In this document: piece after piece, positions 8,384 through 18,990 of the stretch
Position numbering within the stretch: position 1 is the stretch's first letter
Layout of the letters: every line of letters starts with the position of its first letter
Source: an uncultured Syntrophaceae bacterium
GTDB lineage: Bacteria; Desulfobacterota; Syntrophorhabdia; Syntrophorhabdales; WCHB1-27
NCBI GenBank assembly: GCA_964476435.1
Contig: CAYZAF010000083.1
Location: 1-26,344, forward strand
DNA length: 26,344 nt
Direction: 5' to 3'
Translations under genes and position numbers: made by a program
The notes under the pieces: model-generated
What the model was told of the DNA's origin: nothing
Seen by the model: the letters and a program-made list of their open reading frames with translations, nothing else
Databases searched by the model: none

Positions 8384-9150
8384 ATTCCCCGCTCCGACGA
8401 ACGGATAAACGCGACAAGCTCGCGCACGTATTCGCCTTCCAGCTCTCCCTCAATCCTTTGGACGGCCGCTTCCAGAGAAAGCCCCGATCTGAAAATGAGG
8501 CGATAGGCCTTCTTCAAGGTGGCGATATCGTCGCTGGAAAAACCATGCCTTTTGAGGCCCACGACATTGAGACCATGGAGAGTGGCCCTGCTTCCCGCCG
8601 TATGCGCGGCCATGACAAAGGGAGGAATGTCCTGGGGGACTCCCGTGAGACCGCTCACCATAGCGAATCTTCCGATCCTGCAGAACTGATGTACAGCCAC
8701 GAGGCCGCTGACGACTGCAAAGTCAGCTACGTGAACGTGGCCTCCGAGGGTCGCCGCGTTGGCCATTTGCACATCGTTTCCGACCACGCAATCGTGGCCG
8801 ATGTGGCTGTACGCCATAATGAAGTTTCCGTCCCCCACCCTGGTGACGCCGTCAGCCTTCGTGCTGGCCTTGTTGATGGTCACGTACTCTCCGATGGTGT
8901 TGCGGTCCCCAATGATGCAGGCCGTGTCTTCGCCCTTGTAGGTGATGTCCTGAGGAGGGCCGCCGAGGGACGCGAAGGAATGGATGGTGCAATGCTCTCC
9001 TATCTCCATCCGGCCCGCAATACAGACATGACTGACGAGTCTCGTTCTGCGCCCTATCTTTGCTTTTCCACCTACGACACAGTAGGGCCCTATTTCTACG
9101 TCATCGGCCAGCTCAGCCCCTTTCTCGATAACGGCCGTAGGGTGTATCAC
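8374..9150 (-). CDS. lpxA: Acyl-ACP--UDP-N-acetylglucosamine O-acyltransferase
   Basis: IHPTAVI, GGPPQDITYKGE, YSHIGHDC, TLGGHV, VHQFCRIG, GLNVVGLKR. GTG 9150 overlaps the fabZ TGA. Confidence 0.97.
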   Translation of the reverse strand: MIHPTAVIEKGAELADDVEIGPYCVVGGKAKIGRRTRLVSHVCIAGRMEIGEHCTIHSFASLGGPPQDITYKGEDTACIIGDRNTIGEYVTINKASTKADGVTRVGDGNFIMAYSHIGHDCVVGNDVQMANAATLGGHVHVADFAVVSGLVAVHQFCRIGRFAMVSGLTGVPQDIPPFVMAAHTAGSRATLHGLNVVGLKRHGFSSDDIATLKKAYRLIFRSGLSLEAAVQRIEGELEGEYVRELVAFIRSSERGICR

Positions 9151-9587
9151 ACGCCCTCCTTGTTTTCCTGAAGCGTTGCCATGATCTGGGCTTCCGCCAC
9201 CTTTTTGTCTTCCACGAATGCGGCTCCATCGAATACCCATATTTCCCTTCGGTGCTTGACCACCTCCAGCATGAGCCTGAGCTGGTCGCCAGGCGTCACC
9301 GGCTTTCTGAATCGCGCGTTGTCTATGCCGATGAAGCGCACGTCACCTTTAAGGTCGGGGAAGGACTTAAAGGCCAATATGCCGGCTGTCTGGGCCAAGG
9401 CCTCGATGATGAGAACCCCTGGCATGATAGGCTTTCCCGGAAAATGGCCGGGGAAGAAAGGCTCGTTGAAGGTGACGTTCTTTATGCCCACGATCCGTTT
9501 TTCGGGCTCGTATTCGATGATTCTATCGACGAGCAGGAAAGGAAAGTTGTGGGGTATAAGGGTCAGGATTTCATCGATCTCGATCAT
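9147..9587 (-). CDS. fabZ: 3-hydroxyacyl-ACP dehydratase
   Basis: IPHNFPFLLVD, KNVTFNEPFFPGHFP, MPGVLIIEALAQ, ARFRKPVTPGD. Confidence 0.97.
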   Translation of the reverse strand: MIEIDEILTLIPHNFPFLLVDRIIEYEPEKRIVGIKNVTFNEPFFPGHFPGKPIMPGVLIIEALAQTAGILAFKSFPDLKGDVRFIGIDNARFRKPVTPGDQLRLMLEVVKHRREIWVFDGAAFVEDKKVAEAQIMATLQENKEGV

Positions 9588-10608
9588 CTTCGCCCTCTGG
9601 GGAGAGTCTTGCTTCCACGTTTCTCATCCGTTCAAACAAGTCGGGCAGCCTCTTCAGATAAGCTTGCATTCGGAGCCAGTCCCGCTGGGCCATGTGGGGA
9701 TTACCACCGACTATCGAATTGGCCTTGACGCTCTTCGTGATGCCGGTGCCCCCCGCAGCCATCACATTGTCGCCCACGGTTACGTGGTCAGCTATTCCCA
9801 CCTTGCCGCCCAGGACGACATGCTTCCCGAGGGAGACGCTTCCCGCTATGCCCACCTGCGCCGCCATAACCGAGTTCTCACCCACAGATACGTTGTGGGC
9901 GATCTGCACGAGGTTGTCTATCTTGGTGCCCTTCTCCACAACGGTCCTGTGAAGAGCGCCGCGATCTATGCATGTGTTCGCCCCTATCTCCACATCGTCC
10001 TCGATCACGAGTACCCCTAATTGGGGTTTCTTCCGGTGCCGGCGCCCGTCCCAGACGTAGCTGAACCCGTCGCTTCCGAGTACAGCCCCCGCGTGGATGA
10101 TGACCCTTTTGCCGATGATTGTCCTGTCGTAGATGGATACGTTGGGGTAGATGACGCTATCTTCGCCCACCACCACCTCCCTTCCCACGAAGCAGAACGG
10201 GTAGACGACGACATTTTTCCTAATGACCGCGCCTTCGTCGATGTAAGCGTAAGGAAGAATCGAAGCTTCCGGCGAGACTGACGCTGTCTTGCACACATGG
10301 GCCCTGCCGTCTGTGCCCTTGTCGAAGGTCCGTGGGGCCTGGAACAGCTCGGCAGCGATCGCCTGGGCGAGATCAGGGTTCGCAACAACGACGAAGTTCC
10401 TGCCAATGAGCAACCCCTGGTCCGCATCTTGACCGACGACGTAGGCAGAGGCGCGGCACTGTGGCAACTGCCTCTCGAACGACCGGTTCAACAGGAAGGT
10501 GATGTCCCCTTCCTGCGCTTCTCCTATGGCAGCGATGCCCCGTATCTCGGTCTCGCCGTTGCCGGACAGTCTCCCCTCTATCCTCGCGGCAATATCTGCA
10601 AGCTTCAT
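9571..10608 (-). CDS. lpxD: UDP-3-O-(3-hydroxyacyl)glucosamine N-acyltransferase
   Basis: Hexapeptide repeats, GSDGFSY, EIGANTCIDRG, GTKIDNLVQIAHNV, AAQVGIAGS. Confidence 0.96.
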   Translation of the reverse strand: MKLADIAARIEGRLSGNGETEIRGIAAIGEAQEGDITFLLNRSFERQLPQCRASAYVVGQDADQGLLIGRNFVVVANPDLAQAIAAELFQAPRTFDKGTDGRAHVCKTASVSPEASILPYAYIDEGAVIRKNVVVYPFCFVGREVVVGEDSVIYPNVSIYDRTIIGKRVIIHAGAVLGSDGFSYVWDGRRHRKKPQLGVLVIEDDVEIGANTCIDRGALHRTVVEKGTKIDNLVQIAHNVSVGENSVMAAQVGIAGSVSLGKHVVLGGKVGIADHVTVGDNVMAAGGTGITKSVKANSIVGGNPHMAQRDWLRMQAYLKRLPDLFERMRNVEARLSPEGEDDRDR

Positions 10609-11168
10609 TATTTCTTGGGCACAGGCTTTTTCTTCGCCGATTGGTAAGTTTGGTTAAATTGGGAGATCACCTTGTCGGTAATGTCGATGCCAGGCGTCGC
10701 ATAGATAATACCTGAATGGGTCCTTTCGAGGATGAGGGTATACTTGTCGCTATCTCCTATGCTTTTGACGACCTCGTCGATGTCTTTCAGGATTTTCTGG
10801 GTCAGCTCCTGGTCTTTCTGCTGAAGCTCGGCTTGGTAGTCGCTTGTGATTCTCTGGTAATCCTTGACTTTGGCCTGGTACTGCTTCTCCTTCTCGGCAC
10901 GCGCCTCGGGCGTAATCGTGGCCGTCTGTTTTTCAAGGGCATCTTTCATCTTCTGGAGCTCATCCTGCCTCTGGGTGACCTCCTTCTTTCGTTTCTCGAC
11001 CTCGTCGGAAAGGTTCTTTTTCGCCTCTTTTCCCTTATCTGATTCCATCATCACTTTCTGCAGATCGACATAGGCGATCTTAGGTGTGGGTGTCTGCCCC
11101 CATACCCCGAGAGGCAGAAAGACGACCACCATCACCAAAGCCGCAAGGGTCATCAGACTTCTTTTCAT
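10608..11168 (-). CDS. skp: Periplasmic chaperone Skp/OmpH
   Basis: Signal peptide, KIAYVDLQKV, coiled-coil core, YTLILE...DITDKVI. GGAGG precedes ATG 11168. Confidence 0.92.
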   Translation of the reverse strand: MKRSLMTLAALVMVVVFLPLGVWGQTPTPKIAYVDLQKVMMESDKGKEAKKNLSDEVEKRKKEVTQRQDELQKMKDALEKQTATITPEARAEKEKQYQAKVKDYQRITSDYQAELQQKDQELTQKILKDIDEVVKSIGDSDKYTLILERTHSGIIYATPGIDITDKVISQFNQTYQSAKKKPVPKK

Positions 11169-11179
11169 ACTTCCTCCTG

Positions 11180-13456
11180 TCAAAACGGTTTTCCCATTGA
11201 AAAATTGAAGACAGTCAACGGTTCTCGGGCGAGTCTCGGTAAACTCGGACTCGTATTCCTGTCGAGGTTGAACCCGAGCTCAAACCTGATGGGGCCCATG
11301 GGGGAGTACCAGCGTATGCCGAAGCCGGCAGCGGGTCGCAAAGGCTCCAGAAAGCCGATCATATTATCGAAGCCTTTGCCGTAATCGAAGAATATGTCGC
11401 CTTTCAAACCCGCCGGCTTCCATATGTTGAAAATCCACTCGGAGTTGAAAAACAGCTCGTTCGTGGAGCCGATCACGTCGCCCGTCACAGGGTCGTGGGT
11501 ACTTGCCGCGCCATAGTTAAAGCCCCTATTCGTGTCGATGCCGCCCACGAAGAAATTGTCGAAAACAGGCACGGGCACGCCGCCGTACTGCCTTGCGGTC
11601 CCCGCGGTGCCCCTTAAGAAGAAGGTGGTATCCCACTTGTAGGGAAAGTAACGCCCCCAGGATATGATCGTTTTGAAGAACTTCTCATCCCCCATGAGCG
11701 GCCCCCCGGCAATTTGTTCACTCATCGAGGCGATCGTCCCTTTCATGGGGTTGAGGATATTGTCTATGGAATTGTAGAGAACCCCGGGGGTTATGCTACT
11801 CGTTGTCGAGGTACCTTCCTGCCGTAGCAGGTAACTCGAGGCATTGGATGCCACGCGGGTGACGCTGTTCGTTCCGTAGGCGTAAGAGAGGCTGGCGCTT
11901 ACGTAGTCCGTAAGGAAGCGGCTCTCCGTGACGGAGCCGCCGTCCCCGCTGAAAAGGTAGGTAGGGAAGATTTGCTCCAGATTGTAGACGTTGAAAGAGC
12001 TCGCTATGTTCGTGTCGAAGGTATAGGGCTGCACGTAGGTGAGATCGTAGAGGTGCGATATGGAGCTCAAGGAGGCGTTCAAGTACACTTTCTGCCCTGT
12101 TCCGAAGATGTTCTCCTGGCTGATGCCGCCGGTCACCATGGCCTTCTCGTATGTGCTGTATCCCACACCCATAGAGATCGTGCCCGTAGGCTTCTCTTCC
12201 ACAACGGTGTCGAGGTTGACGAGGTCCGGCTCGTCCGTTTTGACCGTCTTCAGGTCCACGCTCTTGAAATACGTGGTGTTGGTGAGTTTCCTTTTGCTTT
12301 CCTTGAGCTTCGAGCTCGAGTAAAGGTCCCCCTCCGCAACTTTCAGCTCCCGCCGCACCACCTTGTCCCTTGTCCTGATGTTGCCCACGATATTGATGCG
12401 GTTGAAATAGACCTCGGAACCCTTTGCTATGTCGAAGGTTATGTTGACCAGGCGATTCTCGTCGTCGATGGCGGTAAGAGGAGCGATGTCGGCGAAGGCG
12501 AATCCCTTATCCTGGTAAAGGTCAGTGAGGGTTGTAATGTCCTCTTGGAATAGGGAAGACCTGAAGGTCTTTCCCACCTTGCTTTTCAGCTTCTTCGTCA
12601 TTTCAGCCTGATCGAAAACAATATCCCCGTTGAACTGCAAATCGCCGATCTTGTATTCGTTCCCTTCCTCCAGGGGGATAGTGATCGATATCGTTTTTCC
12701 ATCCCGTGAAATGACGATGTCGGGTGTGCCTACCTTGGCCTTTACGTACCCGTTGTCATGGTAGAGACCTTCTATCTGCTTCCGGTCTTCATCGATGACC
12801 TCTTCGTCCAGGGTACCCGAGCCGGTGAACCAGGAGAAAATTCCTTTTTCCTTCGTCCTCATGACGCCCTTGATCTGTGCGGCCTTCAGGTGATTGTTTC
12901 CGGAAAAGGTGATCTTCCGCACGTAAGCCTTCTGCGGTTCCTCGATGACGAATCGGAGGGCCGTCCGGTAACCCCCCTCGGTCTCGATCTCGTAGGTGAC
13001 TTTTGCTGCGTAATACCCTTTGCTTGCGTACAGTTTCTTGATTTCGGCGACGCTATCGTTCACCTTGTCCAGGTTGAGAATAGTACCGGTTTTTATCTTC
13101 AGCTTGTCCCTTATGTCTTCTGTTTTGACCTTCTTGTTCCCCGATATGTAAATGACATTTACCGCCGGCCTTTCCACAACGACGAAGGTGACGACTTTTC
13201 CCATATCCGTATCCTTCACGTCGACCATGACATCGCTGAAATAGCCAGTCTTGTAAATGCTTTTCAGATCCTCTCCTATCTTTCCCGGATCGTAGACGTC
13301 ACCCTCTCTGGACTTCACCGCATTTGTGACGACACCTCTGTCGATGCGCTCATTGCCCACCACATCGATCCTCGCTATCCTGTCGTTCTCCGCGGCGAAT
13401 AGAAGGGTGGTGAATATGACGCAGCAAAAAAGGAACGAAAAAGCCAGTTGTTTCAT
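11180..13456 (-). CDS. bamA: Outer membrane protein assembly factor BamA
   Basis: 758 aa with signal peptide and POTRA repeats (GNERID, GNKKV, GNNHL, GNIRTRDKVVRRE), VEEKPTG, GFGIRWYSPMGPIRF and a C-terminal F. Confidence 0.96.
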   Translation of the reverse strand: MKQLAFSFLFCCVIFTTLLFAAENDRIARIDVVGNERIDRGVVTNAVKSREGDVYDPGKIGEDLKSIYKTGYFSDVMVDVKDTDMGKVVTFVVVERPAVNVIYISGNKKVKTEDIRDKLKIKTGTILNLDKVNDSVAEIKKLYASKGYYAAKVTYEIETEGGYRTALRFVIEEPQKAYVRKITFSGNNHLKAAQIKGVMRTKEKGIFSWFTGSGTLDEEVIDEDRKQIEGLYHDNGYVKAKVGTPDIVISRDGKTISITIPLEEGNEYKIGDLQFNGDIVFDQAEMTKKLKSKVGKTFRSSLFQEDITTLTDLYQDKGFAFADIAPLTAIDDENRLVNITFDIAKGSEVYFNRINIVGNIRTRDKVVRRELKVAEGDLYSSSKLKESKRKLTNTTYFKSVDLKTVKTDEPDLVNLDTVVEEKPTGTISMGVGYSTYEKAMVTGGISQENIFGTGQKVYLNASLSSISHLYDLTYVQPYTFDTNIASSFNVYNLEQIFPTYLFSGDGGSVTESRFLTDYVSASLSYAYGTNSVTRVASNASSYLLRQEGTSTTSSITPGVLYNSIDNILNPMKGTIASMSEQIAGGPLMGDEKFFKTIISWGRYFPYKWDTTFFLRGTAGTARQYGGVPVPVFDNFFVGGIDTNRGFNYGAASTHDPVTGDVIGSTNELFFNSEWIFNIWKPAGLKGDIFFDYGKGFDNMIGFLEPLRPAAGFGIRWYSPMGPIRFELGFNLDRNTSPSLPRLAREPLTVFNFSMGKPF

Positions 13457-13466
13457 TCAGGTAGGA

Positions 13467-13495
13467 AACTTAGCAAAAAAAAGTGCGATTGTAAA
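13467..13495 (-). promoter_or_regulatory. sigma70 promoter of the bamA-lpx operon
   Basis: Minus strand TTTACA (13495-13490)-N17-TAAGTT (13472-13467), with TG at the extended -10 position. Confidence 0.65.
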
Positions 13496-13572
13496 GGTAA
13501 AAAGCTGGAGGCTAAGGATCAAGCGGGGCTCGATGTGGATCCGGTTCCTGCTTCAAGGGGGGTAGCAGCGAC

Positions 13573-14223
13573 CTATCGGGACTTTGTCACCCCCTTCTTT
13601 GCACAGATGTCGAAAACGGGACAGGTGCTGCAAAAGGGAGAGAGGGGCGTGCATGTTCTGCGGCCGTGGGTCACGAGGAGGGGATTAAACGAAAGCCAAT
13701 ACTTCCTGGGCAGGATTCTTCTCAGGGCCTCCTCGGTCTGGTCAGGGGTCTTTGTGGCGACCGCCCCGAGCCTGTTGGAGATGCGGTGAACGTGCGTGTC
13801 GACCGCTATGCCCGCCTTGCCGAACCCTTCTGTCACCACTATGTTCGCTGTCTTTCTCCCGACGCCTCTTATCGTCAGCAGTTCTTCTATGGTATCGGGC
13901 ACTGACCCGGCGTATCTCTCGATGATCACGCGTGATATCTCTTTGAGCAGGCGGGCCTTGTTTCGGTAGAAGCCCACGGGATAGATGATGCGCTCCAGCT
14001 CCTCGGTCGGGATCGCTATCAACTCCTCGGGTGCGCGCGCCCTCTCCATTACCCGCTCCATAGCCTTTTCGGTGGTCTCGTCCTTGGTCCGGAGGCTCAA
14101 GAGACAACCGATGAGCACGAGGAAAGGGCTTCTCTGCTCGTGAGCGATCTTGGTGAGGGCAGGTCTGTCGGACCCGTAGAACTCCCTGAGCCTTCCGATC
14201 AAAAGCGCGAAAGGGAAGGCCAT
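13573..14223 (-). CDS. nth: Endonuclease III
   Basis: FLVLIGCLLSLRTKD, VGFYRNKA, HhH GVGRKTAN, VDTHVHRI, and the 4Fe-4S motif CTPLSPFCSTCPVFDIC. Start ATG 14223; the 476-aa track ORF is an upstream run-on. Confidence 0.95.
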   Translation of the reverse strand: MAFPFALLIGRLREFYGSDRPALTKIAHEQRSPFLVLIGCLLSLRTKDETTEKAMERVMERARAPEELIAIPTEELERIIYPVGFYRNKARLLKEISRVIIERYAGSVPDTIEELLTIRGVGRKTANIVVTEGFGKAGIAVDTHVHRISNRLGAVATKTPDQTEEALRRILPRKYWLSFNPLLVTHGRRTCTPLSPFCSTCPVFDICAKKGVTKSR

Positions 14224-14666
14224 CACGAGAGAAGTTCCTTTATCATCCGCTTCATTCCTTCTATGTGCGATCCTTCCCAATAGACCCTCTTGCAGCCAGG
14301 GCATACCTTGAAATGGGCGTAGGTGTGGAAGACGAATTCGGGCACCAGCGATTCGATCTCGGTCTTCTCTACGTCGGCCAGCTCTGCGTTGCACTCGAGA
14401 CACCTGTGGAAGACCCTGTCCGCGTTTAGCACTGATTTGATGAGCTCCTTTATCTGTATGAGCTGCTGGCGGGCCTGCTCCGACTCGATGTGAACGGTTC
14501 GGCTGAAGCCCGCGGCTGTGTGGCGCCGGGTCAGAAAAACCCGGTCGCCCTCCTTTCGACTGTACTCTTCCAATGCACCCACGCTCCTCGCATAAACCGT
14601 GTCGAACCCCAGGAGGCGCAAACGTTTTGCGAGCTTGCCGAGCATCACGTCGCAGATGAATCTCAT
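14223..14666 (-). CDS. Mut7-C RNase domain protein (DUF82-like, with zinc ribbon)
   Basis: MRFICDVMLGKLAKRLRLLGFDT, FLTR, RCLECN...CPGCKRVYWEGSH. Confidence 0.9.
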   Translation of the reverse strand: MRFICDVMLGKLAKRLRLLGFDTVYARSVGALEEYSRKEGDRVFLTRRHTAAGFSRTVHIESEQARQQLIQIKELIKSVLNADRVFHRCLECNAELADVEKTEIESLVPEFVFHTYAHFKVCPGCKRVYWEGSHIEGMKRMIKELLS

Positions 14667-15922
14667 CGCCTTGAGAGTTTTCTCGCCACCTTTCGGGTGG
14701 CTTCCATGATCTCCTCTTCGCCGTCGACGTATCGGTTTTCCATGAGTACCCGCCCCAGGCAGATGACCGCGTCCACCGAGTAGCCGTTTGCCGCGTAGAC
14801 AATATCGGATCGCGAATCGAAACCGGGTACGAACTCGGGTCTCGAAGTGTCAAGAAGGATAATGTCCGCGGTCGCTCCTTCCTTAATCCGCCAATCACCC
14901 AGCCTGAATATGGAGGCCGCGGCGGTGCTTGCCCTATGGAGCGCCTGCCCCGCAGGAAGGAACGTCGGATCGTTGGTGCCGAATTTGGCCAGGAGGGCGG
15001 CAAACTTCATCGTCTCCATCATGTCGAGATTGTTGTTTGAAGAGCAGCCGTCCGTTCCGAGACAGAAGGGGATGCCCTTCTCCAGTACGAGCCGATAGGG
15101 AAGGGTTTTCCCCACGCTGAGCTTCAGGTTGGAGACAGGCGTGTTGACAAGGCTGGCCTTGGCGTCCGACAGTATCTGCGCGTCGGCCTCGGTAAGCCAG
15201 CACCCGTGAGCGCCGACGAACCTCTCGGAAAGCACGCCCTCCTCGCTCAGTAGCTCCACCGGCGAAAGACCGTATCGTTCCTTGCTGAACGCGGTCTCGC
15301 CCTCTGTCTCGCTCAAATGCATGTGGATGATCGCTCCCGTTTCTTCCGAAAACTCCCTGATCCATTGGAGGCTTCTCTTGGAGACCGTATAGACGGCGTG
15401 CGGCCCGAGGGCAAAGGTGACGTAGGGCTTGTACTTCTCCGCTGTCCTGTGGAGCTCGATATTCGCATGTATCTGTTCTTCGGCTTTCTTGAGGTCGAAC
15501 ATGTCGATGAAGACACCGCTCAGGATGCCCCTCATTCCCATGTCCCTGACCGCTCTGGCCGAATCCTCCCAGAACCAGTACATGTCGTTGAAAACGGTGG
15601 TGCCGCTCTTGATCATTTCAAGGCAAGCCAGCTTCGTCCCCCAGTAGACGTCCTCCCCGGTGAGCTTCGACTCCCGTACCCAGATCTTCTCTTCCAGCCA
15701 CTCTTTGAGCGGCATGTCATCGGCAAAGCCTCGCAGGAGAGTCATTGCCGCATGGGTATGTCCGTTTATGAAAGCGGGTATCGCGATCCTGTTCTTTCCG
15801 CTCAAGACCCGGTCCGCAACTCTCTGGCTCGACGCCGAGATCTCTACTATCCTCCCGTCCTCGATGAAGATGTCGCGGATCTCTCCGCCTAACAGGGCCA
15901 CCCCGCGTATGAGCAGTTTCAT
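14663..15922 (-). CDS. mtaD: Amidohydrolase, MTA/SAH deaminase (MtaD/DadD) family
   Basis: NGHTHAAM, GPHAVYT, HMHLSET, GAHG, LGTDGCSSNN. ATG 15922 overlaps the upstream TGA; adjacent to an MTAP-family gene. Confidence 0.85.
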   Translation of the reverse strand: MKLLIRGVALLGGEIRDIFIEDGRIVEISASSQRVADRVLSGKNRIAIPAFINGHTHAAMTLLRGFADDMPLKEWLEEKIWVRESKLTGEDVYWGTKLACLEMIKSGTTVFNDMYWFWEDSARAVRDMGMRGILSGVFIDMFDLKKAEEQIHANIELHRTAEKYKPYVTFALGPHAVYTVSKRSLQWIREFSEETGAIIHMHLSETEGETAFSKERYGLSPVELLSEEGVLSERFVGAHGCWLTEADAQILSDAKASLVNTPVSNLKLSVGKTLPYRLVLEKGIPFCLGTDGCSSNNNLDMMETMKFAALLAKFGTNDPTFLPAGQALHRASTAAASIFRLGDWRIKEGATADIILLDTSRPEFVPGFDSRSDIVYAANGYSVDAVICLGRVLMENRYVDGEEEIMEATRKVARKLSRR

Positions 15923-16614
15923 CAGAAGCCTTCGCCGAGGATAGTTTGTATGACTGCCTCGACCGTTCTCATGTTTTTTGCGATCTGTTCCTCCACTTCG
16001 CTGGCGGCGAGAGGGGTTTTCAGAATGCCGTTGCAATAATTGTCGATGGAGCAAAGGCTCACATATGGGATAGAGTACTCCATGCAGAGGGTCGCTTCCG
16101 AGGCCATGGTCATGCCTACCACGTCACCCACTTTTTTCAACACGCTTATCTCGGCCTTCGTCTCGAAGCGGGGCCCGGAAGTCTGGATGTAGATGCCGCC
16201 GAGGGTCGTCTCTATTTCGAGGCCGGTGCAAACGGTGTGCATCTTCTGGGCATAAGTCGCATCCAGAAGAGGGATCATGAATCGCATCTCGTAGTCGAAG
16301 AACGTGGGAATCCCGCAAAACGAGATGAAATCGTCAGGGATGATGAAGGTACCGGGCCTCAAATTCGTTTTGAGGCTTCCTACCGAATTGACGGAAATAA
16401 CGCCATCCACTCCGAGGCTTCTTAGGGCCCAAATGTTGGCGTGATGAGGAATCTTATGCGGCGGCAGCCGTTTCTTCCCATGCCGTTGAAGGAAGAGATA
16501 CTGCGATGCCTTGAGGATCGATACCTTGCCGTATGGCGTATCGGCAACGATCTCGTCCCAGTTGGCGAAAAGAGCCGAGTCTAAGAGCGACGTGCCTGCG
16601 ATGAAAGCCTTCAT
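15922..16614 (-). CDS. MTAP-family nucleoside phosphorylase, predicted 6-oxopurine-specific (methylthioinosine phosphorylase-like)
   Basis: TPYG, LQRHG, HHANIWAL, NSVGSL, GPRFETKAE, VVGMT, SIDNYCNG. Confidence 0.85.
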   Translation of the reverse strand: MKAFIAGTSLLDSALFANWDEIVADTPYGKVSILKASQYLFLQRHGKKRLPPHKIPHHANIWALRSLGVDGVISVNSVGSLKTNLRPGTFIIPDDFISFCGIPTFFDYEMRFMIPLLDATYAQKMHTVCTGLEIETTLGGIYIQTSGPRFETKAEISVLKKVGDVVGMTMASEATLCMEYSIPYVSLCSIDNYCNGILKTPLAASEVEEQIAKNMRTVEAVIQTILGEGF

Positions 16615-16618
16615 AGGA

Positions 16619-18766
<2,148 letters not shown>

Positions 18767-18768
18767 TC

Positions 18769-18798
18769 ATTATATCCACTGGAGGTAACCCTCGGCAA
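18769..18798 (-). promoter_or_regulatory. sigma70 promoter (proximal) for the ligA leader/operon
   Basis: TTGCCG (18798-18793)-N18-TATAAT (18774-18769). Confidence 0.6.
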
Positions 18799-18847
18799 GC
18801 CTGTGCGAGCCCTACCGCCTTTCCTCGACGGCCTTGGGGCAACGTAT

Positions 18848-18856
18848 ATTGTAGCA
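18848..18856 (-). promoter_or_regulatory. Extended -10 promoter (distal) for the ligA leader
   Basis: TGcTACAAT on the minus strand, immediately followed by a GC-rich hairpin; weak -35. Confidence 0.45.
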
Positions 18857-18990
18857 AATTTTGGGATTTATCTATAAAATGTTCTGTCCACGAAAAGCGT
18901 TTGCGCCTTTTCGAGAAGACGACCCTCACGACAGACATAACGTTATCTCAGTGCGGCTCGAGAAAAGAGCGACCCTGAAAACGGGGAGGC

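Noticed and set aside
8458-9171. 237-aa antisense ORF over lpxA; likewise 9181-10020, 11972-12553, 12758-13402, 18943-19737 and 23864-24631
   Set aside because: All are shadows of well-supported genes and lack family motifs.
13573-15003. 476-aa ORF suggesting a novel N-terminal fusion to Nth
   Set aside because: The extra 260 codons overlap the Mut7-C and deaminase genes in other frames and read as low-complexity run-on. Nth homology starts at ATG 14223.
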